This document shows, piece by piece, positions 49,057 to 57,839 of a stretch of 64,000 bases of DNA. The position numbers and the translations under genes are program-made. Within the stretch, counting starts at the first letter, position 1, and each line of letters begins with the position of its first letter. The notes below the pieces were generated by a model. That model was not told the origin of the DNA, searched no databases, and was given only the letters and a program-made list of their open reading frames with translations. Origin of the DNA: Betaproteobacteria bacterium (lineage in GTDB: Bacteria; Pseudomonadota; Gammaproteobacteria; Burkholderiales; JAHFQX01). Location: contig JAHFQX010000004.1 in assembly GCA_023259135.1 (NCBI GenBank), positions 645 to 64,644 on the forward strand, read 5' to 3'.

Positions 49057-50682
49057 CTACGGCCGGTAGCCGGGAATGGCCGTAACGTCCACCGCGTCGA
49101 TTTGGTGAGGATCGAGGAACTGTTCGGCGTATCGGAGGTAGACCTGGTCGCGGACGAAGATGTCGAAGAGGTCCGGATCGATGTGGCCGTTGAGCTTGAA
49201 TTTGCCCAGGATGGCGAGGGCCTCGGTCAGGGATTTGCCTTTTTTATAGGGCCGGTCCTTGGCGGTGAGGGCCTCGAAGATGTCGGCGATGGCCATGATC
49301 CGCGCCTGCACCGACATCTGCTCCCGAGTGAGGCCTCGGGGATAGCCTTTTCCGTCCATGCGCTCGTGGTGGCCGCCGGCGTATTCGGGAACGTTGCGCA
49401 GATGGTTGGGCCAAGGCAGCGATTCGAGCATGGTGATGGTGACTTCGATGTGATGGTTGATCACCTGGCGCTCCTCGGCGGTCAGGGTTCCGGAGCGGAT
49501 GGCAAGATTGGCGACCTCCTCCTCGGTAAGGAAGGGGGCGTCCTTTCCGTGGGGATCTTTCCATCGATAGCGCTGGGCGAGGGTGCGGATGCGCTCGACA
49601 TCCTCGTCGCGCATGGCTTCGGAGCCGATATTGCAATGCCGGAGGAACTCCCGGTCCAAATCGTACTGCCGCAGCCGTTCCTTGAAATCTTGCTCCAGCC
49701 GGGACAAGGTATCGACGTCGCCCTGGGCGGCGGCGCCGGCCCGCAGCCACTCGATCTCGGCGTCCCGCTTGAGCACCTCGAAGCGGGTGTCGATCAGGTG
49801 GATGCGGTCGAACAGGGTTTGCAGCTTGGTGGCTTTGTCCACCACATGCACCGGAGTGGTGACCTTGCCGCAATCGTGGAGCAGGCTGGCGATTTTAAGC
49901 TCATGCCGGTCCAGGTCGCTCATCCTGAAATCCTTGAAGGCGCCGATGGATGCGTCGTTGACGGCCTCCGCCAGCAGCATGGTGAGCTCCGGCACCCGCT
50001 GGCAATGGCCCCCGGTGTAGGGGGACTTGTCGTCGATGGCGGCGTTGATCAATTGGATAAACGCCTCGAACAGCTCTTCCAGTTGATTGATGAGCAGCCG
50101 GTTGGTCAGCGCGACGGCGGCCTGGGAGGCGAGGGATTCGGCCAGATGCTGATCGGCCTCGGAGAACGGCGCGATCTCGCCGGAGGCCGGATGGCGGGCG
50201 TTGATGAGCTGCAACACGCCGATCACCTGATTCTCGTGATTCTTCATCGGCACCGTCAGGAAGGATTTCGACCGGTAGCCGGTATTTTGGTCGAAGCGCT
50301 GGGTGCCGCTGAAATCGAAGCCTGCCTCGGTGTAGGCGTCGGCGATGTTGACGGTTTTCTCGTTCAGGGCGGAGTAGGCCGCCACCATGCTGTTGTTGGG
50401 ACGCCCTTCGGCGTCGTAAAGCGGCAGCGGGGGAAAGGGAATGGGCCGGCCCGAGGTTCCCCCCATGGCGATTCCCAGGCTGTCGGTGCGCATGATTTCG
50501 AAGCGCAGTTGTCCATTCACTGCCCGGTACAGGGTGCCGCCGTCGGCGTGGGTGATGGTCTTGGCGGCCACCAGAATGTTCTCCAGCAGCCGGTCGATAT
50601 TCCTTTCCTGGGAAAGAGCAGTGCCGATGCGGGTGAGCTGCTCCAGGCGATAGAACAGGTCGGCGAAGGGGGGGCGGTCCAT
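49057..50682 (-). CDS. GAF + HD-GYP cyclic dinucleotide phosphodiesterase
   Basis: GAF (TGYRSKSFLTVPM, IGVLQLIN); YTGGHCQRV, LLHDCGK, HHERMDGKGYP, ADIFEALT. Confidence 0.9.
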   Translation of the reverse strand: MDRPPFADLFYRLEQLTRIGTALSQERNIDRLLENILVAAKTITHADGGTLYRAVNGQLRFEIMRTDSLGIAMGGTSGRPIPFPPLPLYDAEGRPNNSMVAAYSALNEKTVNIADAYTEAGFDFSGTQRFDQNTGYRSKSFLTVPMKNHENQVIGVLQLINARHPASGEIAPFSEADQHLAESLASQAAVALTNRLLINQLEELFEAFIQLINAAIDDKSPYTGGHCQRVPELTMLLAEAVNDASIGAFKDFRMSDLDRHELKIASLLHDCGKVTTPVHVVDKATKLQTLFDRIHLIDTRFEVLKRDAEIEWLRAGAAAQGDVDTLSRLEQDFKERLRQYDLDREFLRHCNIGSEAMRDEDVERIRTLAQRYRWKDPHGKDAPFLTEEEVANLAIRSGTLTAEERQVINHHIEVTITMLESLPWPNHLRNVPEYAGGHHERMDGKGYPRGLTREQMSVQARIMAIADIFEALTAKDRPYKKGKSLTEALAILGKFKLNGHIDPDLFDIFVRDQVYLRYAEQFLDPHQIDAVDVTAIPGYRP

Positions 50683-50738
50683 GGTCGAGCGCTGGCCAGT
50701 GAAAGAGGCTTCGAGTCCCGGGGTGGCCGACCGGCAAA

Positions 50739-53111
50739 CTATTTGATGCAGACCGCCCGCACCTGGAGCATGTCGGTGATGCCCTGCAGCACCTTCTCGA
50801 CCCCGTCCTGCTTCAAGGTGTGCAATCCTTCTTCCAGGGCGGTCACCAGCATTTCCGCCACCCGGGCGTGCTCCTGGATGTTTTTCTTGATGGCGTCGGT
50901 GCCGATCAAGAGCTCGTGGAGCCCCACCCGGCCCTTGTAGCCGCTGCCGTTACAGGTCTCGCAGCCCACCGGGGCGTAGAGGGTGAATTGGCCTTGTTCG
51001 TTGGCGAACAAGCGAACCCAGTCTTTATAAATGCGCTCATAAGCGGCTTTGGGATCTTGTTGCCAGCTCGGAAGATTTTTCAGTTCCTGGCAGTACTCCT
51101 CCAGCAACAGATGAATTTCCTCCTCGCTGGCGACATGAGGTTGCTTGCACTTGGCGCAGAGCCGCTTGGCCAGGCGCTGGGCCAATATGCCGAGCAGCGC
51201 GTCGGCGAAGTTGAAGGGGTCCATGCCCATGTCCAACAGCCGGATAATGCTTTCCGTGGCGCTGTTGGTGTGCAGAGTGGCGAACACCAAGTGTCCGGTG
51301 AGGGAGGCTTCGATGCCGATGGAGGTGGTTTCCTTGTCGCGCATCTCGCCGACCATGATGATGTCGGGATCGGCCCGCAGGAATGCCTTCATGGCGGTGG
51401 CGAAGTTGAGACCCGCCTTGGGGTTCATCTGCACTTGGCGCAGGCCTTTTTGGGTGATCTCCACCGGGTCTTCGGCGGTCCAGATTTTGTTCTCCGGGGT
51501 GTTGAGATAGCCCAGCACCGAGTGCAGCGTGGTGGTCTTGCCGGAGCCGGTGGGGCCGCACACGAAGAACAGCCCGTAGGGCTTGTCGACGGTTTCCTTG
51601 ACCAGCTTGGCGTTGCGCTCGCTCAAACCCAGCTTGTCCAGGGGGATGGGCTCGCCGGCGGCCAGGATCCGCATCACGATGTCCTCCACCCCGCCCTGGG
51701 ACGGAATGGTGGCCACCCGCAGCTCGATGTCCAGCGGGCCGAATTTCTTGAATTTGATCTTGCCGTCCTGGGGCTTGCGCTTCTCCGAAATATCCAGATC
51801 GCACATGATCTTGATGCGGGCGACGATGGCGTTGCGGTAGCTGGCCGGCACCGAAATGTAGGGAGCCAGGGAGCCGTCCTTGCGGAAGCGGATTTCGGTC
51901 TTGGCTTTGCCGGGGTAGGGCTCGATGTGGATGTCCGAAGCCCCTTGATGGTAGGCATCGACGACGATCTTGTTGACCAGCTTGACCAGTTCGTTGTCGG
52001 CCGCGGCGGAAGCTTCGTCGGCGGCGCCGGGGCCCTCCTCGGATTCGTCGTCCATGTTCGACAGCAGATCGCCGATGGAGGTGGTGTCCATGGAATCGGC
52101 GCCGCCGAAGAGCAAATCCAGGGTGGCGATGAACTCGCGATGGGAGCAAACCCGGTATAGCAGTTTGTTTTTCGGAAAGACGTTGTTGACCACCTTGGAA
52201 CTTTTCGCCCGCTCCGGATCGGTGGTCAGGATCACCAAGCCGTCCTTGGTATCATCCACCGGCACCCACTGGCTGCTTTCGGCGTAATCGCGCTTGAGGT
52301 TTTTCAGCAGATCCACGGGCTTGACGCGGTCGGCCCGAAAGGGCTCGTAGGGCACCTGGAAAAACTTGCCGAGCGCCTCGCCCAGGGCTTGGGGTTTGAT
52401 TTGGAATTCGTCCAACAGGACGTCTTCCACCGTCAGCCCTTTTCTCCGGGCGGAACGGGTGGCCAGCTCCAGCTCGTCGGCGGACAGCACGGCATCGGCA
52501 ACCAGGTAATCATATTTGCCCCTGATAACGTCCTGGGCCTTCTGGCGCTGGCGGAAAGCGATGGCCAGGGTTTCCGCCAATTGAACAATGCCTTCTTCGC
52601 ACAACGGCGAGAAAGGGGCGCCCGATTTGCTGTTGATGAGCTGCACCACCCCGATCAGATCCTGATTGCCGGCATCCACCACGGGAGCCACCAGCATCTG
52701 CTTGGTGCGATATCCGGTGCGCCGGTCCACTTCCTTGAGGAATCTTAGATGGGGGCTGAGCCGGGCTAGCTCTTGGTCGTCGTAGACATCCCGAATATGG
52801 ATGGTCTTTTTGTTGACGGCGACGAATCCGGCGACGCTCTGTTCGTTGATGGGCAGGCGCAGATCCTTGAAGGAATTCAGGCCGGTCTTGACCTTGGAGA
52901 CGATGGATTGATTGTCTTCGCCCACTACGTATATGGTGAGCCGGTCGGCATCGAAGAGGGCGCAGACATCCTGGCTCACCTCCAACATGATTTCGTCGAT
53001 GTTGTTGGTGGCGTGGATTTTGTTGGCGACCGCCTGCAATCTCCGGGAAAACTCCAGCTTCTCGGTCAGATTATCGGCAGGGGCGGGACGGGTTTCCAGT
53101 ACGCTACTCAT
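50739..53111 (-). CDS. GAF-domain PilB/GspE family secretion ATPase
   Basis: N-terminal GAF; ASDIHIEP, Walker A GPTGSGKTT, EDPVE, Walker B IIMVGEMRD, His box GHLVFATLH, CAKC...CETC. Confidence 0.92.
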   Translation of the reverse strand: MSSVLETRPAPADNLTEKLEFSRRLQAVANKIHATNNIDEIMLEVSQDVCALFDADRLTIYVVGEDNQSIVSKVKTGLNSFKDLRLPINEQSVAGFVAVNKKTIHIRDVYDDQELARLSPHLRFLKEVDRRTGYRTKQMLVAPVVDAGNQDLIGVVQLINSKSGAPFSPLCEEGIVQLAETLAIAFRQRQKAQDVIRGKYDYLVADAVLSADELELATRSARRKGLTVEDVLLDEFQIKPQALGEALGKFFQVPYEPFRADRVKPVDLLKNLKRDYAESSQWVPVDDTKDGLVILTTDPERAKSSKVVNNVFPKNKLLYRVCSHREFIATLDLLFGGADSMDTTSIGDLLSNMDDESEEGPGAADEASAAADNELVKLVNKIVVDAYHQGASDIHIEPYPGKAKTEIRFRKDGSLAPYISVPASYRNAIVARIKIMCDLDISEKRKPQDGKIKFKKFGPLDIELRVATIPSQGGVEDIVMRILAAGEPIPLDKLGLSERNAKLVKETVDKPYGLFFVCGPTGSGKTTTLHSVLGYLNTPENKIWTAEDPVEITQKGLRQVQMNPKAGLNFATAMKAFLRADPDIIMVGEMRDKETTSIGIEASLTGHLVFATLHTNSATESIIRLLDMGMDPFNFADALLGILAQRLAKRLCAKCKQPHVASEEEIHLLLEEYCQELKNLPSWQQDPKAAYERIYKDWVRLFANEQGQFTLYAPVGCETCNGSGYKGRVGLHELLIGTDAIKKNIQEHARVAEMLVTALEEGLHTLKQDGVEKVLQGITDMLQVRAVCIK

Positions 53112-53210
53112 GGCCGTCTACCTCCTTTGCTCGGACAAATTCGCCCCATCCGCGAGCCGGGAACAAGTCTTGCCCGACTTGGCGAGCCTAGGGGCGGGAT
53201 CCATCGTTCA

Positions 53211-53975
53211 TCAGAACTCGAAAATGTCCCCATTGCGGAGCATTCTGGGGTGGTGGGCGCCGGCGTCACGCTCTACCTCGCTCATGGTGAGCTCTATCTC
53301 GCTGGGCTTCAAGTGGGTAATGTAGATTTCGGCCGGACGCCGGAGCTTGGCCAACTCCTCGGCCAGCATGCTCGGACAAAGATGCATGGAGTCTATCGCC
53401 AGGCCTTTTTCCCTATTGCAGAAAGCCGTTTCGATGATCAAGTAGCGCAGATTGTCGATCCGGTTCACTTCGTCCCACAAGGCATCGTTGGTGGTGGTGT
53501 CCCCGCTAAACACCAGGCTGGCAGCCCCGCTGTCGATACGGTATCCGACCGCGGGAACGACGTGCTTGGCGGGGAGCGGCGTGATTTTCCGCTTGCCGAG
53601 GCGCACCGTTTGCCCCAGCGCCACCGCGCTGTAGCGCATGAAGGGATTTTCGGGATTGGGGATGCGGGTGAAATCCGGCCATAGCTTCCAATTGAACAGA
53701 TGCTCCCGAAGAATCTCCAGGGTCGGATCTATGGCATGCACCGTAATGGGCCGGTTCCGCATGCAGCCGACGGTATCCACCAGGAAGGGAATGCAAGCGA
53801 CGTGGTCCAAATGGGAATGGGTGACGAAGACATGACCGATCCGGGCCAAGGCATCGAGGGGCAAATTCCCCACCCCCGTTCCGGCATCGATCAGGATGTC
53901 ATCGTCCAGCAGCATGGACGTCGTCCGAAGCTCTCCGCCGATGCCGCCGCTGCAACCCAGTATGCGCAGTTTCAT
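53211..53975 (-). CDS. 3',5'-cyclic nucleotide phosphodiesterase, class II (MBL fold)
   Basis: LGCSGG, IDAGTG, THSHLDH, HLFNWKLWPDF, ITHLKP. Confidence 0.85.
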   Translation of the reverse strand: MKLRILGCSGGIGGELRTTSMLLDDDILIDAGTGVGNLPLDALARIGHVFVTHSHLDHVACIPFLVDTVGCMRNRPITVHAIDPTLEILREHLFNWKLWPDFTRIPNPENPFMRYSAVALGQTVRLGKRKITPLPAKHVVPAVGYRIDSGAASLVFSGDTTTNDALWDEVNRIDNLRYLIIETAFCNREKGLAIDSMHLCPSMLAEELAKLRRPAEIYITHLKPSEIELTMSEVERDAGAHHPRMLRNGDIFEF

Positions 53976-53981
53976 GAATGG

Positions 53982-56204
53982 TTATTTGGTTTCGAATGTG
54001 AAAACCCCATCCCAGTCCGCCCCCGGGGGGGCGGCGCGGAAATGGGCGATACGCTCAAGGTAAAGGGCGTACAGCGTTGCCTGGGGGGCTGCCTTTTGCA
54101 GGTTCAGGAGTTGCAGTTCGGCCATGTCCCACTCTTGACGCCGATAATGCCGCAGCGCCTTGGCGAAAAGCTCCAGCTCATCCAGCCGGCCTTGCTCCAC
54201 TTCGCCGATCAAGCCGATGGGCTCGAAGATGGCCACCGGCTCTTCCTTGCCCTTGACCTTGACCCGGTCGATCTCCCGGAACGCCATGTCGGGCACCCAG
54301 GCGCGGGTCTGTTCGCCGACTATCATACCCACCCCGTACTGTTTTGTGATCCCCTCCAGCCGGGAAGCCAGGTTCACGGCATCTCCCATCACCGTGTAGG
54401 CCAGGCGGATTTCCGAGCCCATGTTGCCCACGCTCATGCGGCCGCTGTTGACCCCGACGCCGACGCGGATTTCCGGCCAGCCTTCGGCCTTGAAATGGGG
54501 CTGCAGCGCGTCCAGCGTGGCTTGCAGCTCCATGCCCGCCAGCACGGCGTTGCGGGCATGATCGGGATCGGCCAGCGGCGCTCCCCAGAATGCCATGATG
54601 CAATCCCCCATGTATTTGTCGATGGTGCCCCGATGCTTATAGATGACCCGGGTCAGGGGAGTCAGGAACTCGTTCATCAAACGACTCAGTTCCTTCGGGT
54701 CCAGGCCCTCCGAAATGGTGGTGAAGCCCCGGACATCGGAGAACAGCACCGACATCTCCCGGCTTTCCCCTTCCATGGAGAAGCTTTCCGGATTCTGGCT
54801 CATCTCGTCCACCAATTCGGGGGGCACGTACTGGCCGAACAGCCCGGTGATTTGCCGCTTGGCCCGGGTTTCGACGAAGAACCCGTAGGACATGTTGAAA
54901 GCGAACAACAGAAAAATCATCAGGATTCCCGAGGCGATGGGCAGCACGATATTGCCGTAGTGCCAAGCCGCGACGTTGACGACCAGGGCGCCCCCGAGCA
55001 CGATGCAAGTGACCAGCGATCCCTTGAAGGGGCTCAGAACCGGCAGCAACAAGGCGAGCAGCAGGCCAGAAACGAACAGCGACGCTACTTCGGCGCCGAT
55101 GACGTAGGGGGGTTTTTGGGGAATCTTCTGATCCAGCATCCCGGCGATGAGATTAGCGTGAATTTCCACTCCCGGATAGACCGGCGCCACCGGGGTAGAA
55201 CGCAGGTCCAGCAGCCCCGGCGCGGTGGTGCCGATCAAGGCGATCTTGCCTTTCAAGGCCGCTACCGGGACCCGCTCCCGCAGCACATCGGAGACGGAGA
55301 TGTACGGAAAGCTTCCTTGGGGACCCCGGTAAGGAACCAGGGTGGAAACGATTTCGTCAACGGGAATCCGTATCGGGCCGACTTCCAGCCACTCTAGCCC
55401 GGTGTAGTCCTGGGAAGCGGCTTCCTCGGTGAACCCCGGCACCACCGGAGGGGAACCCAGCAAGGCGCGGATCACGGCCAGCGACAAGGATTCGTAATAG
55501 GCGCCTTGATATTCCGCCAGCATGGGAACCCGCCGGGAAACCCCGTCTTCGTCCACCCACGGATTGAAGTGCCCGGCTCCGGCCGCGTTCTTGACGAACT
55601 CGGGAAGATTTGAGCCATAGCCCGACCAAGTGGTGAAACCGACGGGGCGGCCGGCGAAAGCATCGGGCCCTAAAACGGGCGGGGGCAGCAGGCCGGATTT
55701 GGTGCCCTGGCCGGGAGCGTCGCCACTGCTAAAATAATAGCCCAGCACCACTTTGCGCCCCCGCATTTTTCTGGCGAACACCTCGTCATGCTGGAGACCG
55801 GGGCGCACCGCGCTCAAGGCCGACTGGAATTCCTTCACCCCCTTGAGCTGCTTGCGTCCCAGGTCTTCCAGGACTTTCAGGCCAGAACTTTCGTCTCGCT
55901 CGGCGAAAACCACGTCAAAACCGACGACGGCGATGCCGTAGTGGTCGAACAGCTTGTCCAGCAGTAATCCGAGGCGGTCCCGGCGCCAAGGCCAGCGGCC
56001 CTCCTCGGCCAGGCTTTTTTCGTCGATATCTAGAACGACTACGCGCTGATCCACGGTGCGCGGCATGGTCAGGCGAACCCGCGCGTCGTAGGCGATAGCC
56101 TCCAGCCGGCGGATCAATGGAGCGTCGTAGATTTTCGCGGCGTAGCCGACGAATAGGGCGACGATGATCAGCCCCCCGACAATGCGGATCAGATGCTTCT
56201 TCAT
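53982..56204 (-). CDS. CHASE2-domain class III adenylate cyclase
   Basis: CHASE2 (DIDEKS..GRWPW, GVEIHAN) plus 3 TM; LFSDVRGFT, DKYMGD, YTVMGDAVNLASRLE with ATP-specifying Lys and Thr. Confidence 0.92.
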   Translation of the reverse strand: MKKHLIRIVGGLIIVALFVGYAAKIYDAPLIRRLEAIAYDARVRLTMPRTVDQRVVVLDIDEKSLAEEGRWPWRRDRLGLLLDKLFDHYGIAVVGFDVVFAERDESSGLKVLEDLGRKQLKGVKEFQSALSAVRPGLQHDEVFARKMRGRKVVLGYYFSSGDAPGQGTKSGLLPPPVLGPDAFAGRPVGFTTWSGYGSNLPEFVKNAAGAGHFNPWVDEDGVSRRVPMLAEYQGAYYESLSLAVIRALLGSPPVVPGFTEEAASQDYTGLEWLEVGPIRIPVDEIVSTLVPYRGPQGSFPYISVSDVLRERVPVAALKGKIALIGTTAPGLLDLRSTPVAPVYPGVEIHANLIAGMLDQKIPQKPPYVIGAEVASLFVSGLLLALLLPVLSPFKGSLVTCIVLGGALVVNVAAWHYGNIVLPIASGILMIFLLFAFNMSYGFFVETRAKRQITGLFGQYVPPELVDEMSQNPESFSMEGESREMSVLFSDVRGFTTISEGLDPKELSRLMNEFLTPLTRVIYKHRGTIDKYMGDCIMAFWGAPLADPDHARNAVLAGMELQATLDALQPHFKAEGWPEIRVGVGVNSGRMSVGNMGSEIRLAYTVMGDAVNLASRLEGITKQYGVGMIVGEQTRAWVPDMAFREIDRVKVKGKEEPVAIFEPIGLIGEVEQGRLDELELFAKALRHYRRQEWDMAELQLLNLQKAAPQATLYALYLERIAHFRAAPPGADWDGVFTFETK

Positions 56205-56323
56205 TCGCTAAGGCAACCGCGGCGTTGCGTGTTTTGCCAAGGCGGCGGTCATTGGCAGGCGGCGCGCGCCCGGCATCCGATGCTTGGGGCCGCAACGCAT
56301 CTCACGGAGATGGCTTCTGGACA

Positions 56324-56992
56324 CTATGAGTTCTTGAGGAAGAATTCCATCTTGACCCCGGCCAGTTCGATGACGTCATGGTCGTTCAAGGGATGGGCCT
56401 GGGCGTCCAGATTCTGGCCGTTGACGATGGGGAAGTGAGTTCCTTCCACGTGGGTGATGAAATAACCATGGGGCCGGCGGGCGATCACCGCCACCTGCAC
56501 GCCGGGTTTCCCGAGGGTGGTCAAGTTCTTGGTGAGGACCAGTTCCTTGCCCACTCCCGGCCCGCTGATAATCTGGATGGCGGCCAACGGGGGTTCGGCA
56601 GCCTGGGCGGCGGGGGTTGCCGTGCTGGAAGGCGTGGCATGGGCCGCGGCGGGGGGGCGCAGTATCATGGTCTTCTCGAAATCCTCCGCCGCCGGCTTGA
56701 CGGCAGTGTCGCCGATGTACTTGAGCTTGTATTTGCCGATTTCGATGACGTCGTTGTTTTGCAGAAAGTGTTTCTTGATGGGGTTGCCGTTGACCAGGGT
56801 GCCGTTGGTGCTGTTGAGATCCTCCAAAAACGAATCGTGCAGGATCGTCGTCACCGCCGCATGGTCGCCGCTGACCGCCAGGTTGTCGATGATCACATCG
56901 CTGGTGGGTTTCCGGCCGATGACGACCCGCTCCTTGTCGAGAGGTACTTCCCGGATCACCATGTCGTCAATGCTGAGAATCAGTTTTGCCAT
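56324..56992 (-). CDS. Twin FHA domain protein
   Basis: Start MAKLIL; IGRK..D...SGDHA...DLNSTNGT canonical FHA, Ala/Pro/Thr linker, second degenerate FHA. Confidence 0.88.
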   Translation of the reverse strand: MAKLILSIDDMVIREVPLDKERVVIGRKPTSDVIIDNLAVSGDHAAVTTILHDSFLEDLNSTNGTLVNGNPIKKHFLQNNDVIEIGKYKLKYIGDTAVKPAAEDFEKTMILRPPAAAHATPSSTATPAAQAAEPPLAAIQIISGPGVGKELVLTKNLTTLGKPGVQVAVIARRPHGYFITHVEGTHFPIVNGQNLDAQAHPLNDHDVIELAGVKMEFFLKNS

Positions 56993-57008
56993 GAGGGAAC
57001 CTCGTTCG

Positions 57009-57833
57009 CTACTTGAGCCAGGATAAAAAGCGGCGCAACCAACCATCGTCCGCGGGGAAAGGGTGAAGAATCTTGACCAGCACGGCGGACACGTTGTCCT
57101 TGCCGCCATTATCGTTGGCGGCCTGTATGAGCCGATTCGCCGCCAATTGCGGGTCGGCGCCGAAATGCCGCAGGGTTTCGCCCATGCGCTCATCCTCCAC
57201 CATGTCATTCAGTCCGTCGGAGCACAGCAAGTAAATATCTTCCGGCCTGGTGTCATGGGTGTGAATTTCCGGCTCCACTGCGGGATCCACGCCCAGGGCG
57301 CGCGTGACCAGATTTTTGTTCCGGGACAGCCGGGCGTCCTCCTGGGTGATAAGCCCGCTGTCGATTTGCTCCTGAAGCAAGGAGTGATCCCGCGTCAATT
57401 GCCGCAGTTCCCCCGCGCGCAGCCGGTAAAGCCGGGAGTCCCCGATGTGGGCGACGCTCAACTGATTATCGTAGAACAAGGCGGCCACCAGGGTGGTCCC
57501 CATCCCGGCGTATTGAGGGCGGCTTTGGGCCGCTCGGTAGATGTAATCGTTGGCTTGGACGACTTTGTCCCGCAACAGATGTTCGATGTCTTTTTGCTCG
57601 GCATGGCGCGGAATGTGGCCATTCCACTCGTCGAATTGTCGATTCATTTCTTCCCGCAGCACCGCCACCGCCATGCCGCTGGCCACTTCTCCGGCATTGT
57701 AGCCCCCCATGCCGTCGGCCAGCACCACGAAGCCGATTTCCGCGTTCCAGCCTATGGCGTCCTCGTTGTGGGCGCGGACCAGCCCGGTATGGGTGGCGCT
57801 GGCGATGCGCAAAGCGTGTCCGACGCCGGCCAT
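57009..57833 (-). CDS. PP2C-type (Stp1/PppA) Ser/Thr phosphatase
   Basis: RAHNED, LADGMGG, GMGTT, HIGDSR, LCSDGL, GGKDNV. Confidence 0.93.
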   Translation of the reverse strand: MAGVGHALRIASATHTGLVRAHNEDAIGWNAEIGFVVLADGMGGYNAGEVASGMAVAVLREEMNRQFDEWNGHIPRHAEQKDIEHLLRDKVVQANDYIYRAAQSRPQYAGMGTTLVAALFYDNQLSVAHIGDSRLYRLRAGELRQLTRDHSLLQEQIDSGLITQEDARLSRNKNLVTRALGVDPAVEPEIHTHDTRPEDIYLLCSDGLNDMVEDERMGETLRHFGADPQLAANRLIQAANDNGGKDNVSAVLVKILHPFPADDGWLRRFLSWLK

Positions 57834-57839
57834 GGGCCT

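Noticed and set aside
49057-56204. Cyclase plus phosphodiesterases as an anti-phage Pycsar/CBASS-like system
   Set aside because: Cyclase is a membrane CHASE2 sensor with ATP-specifying residues, no TIR or toxic effector is present, and composition looks native
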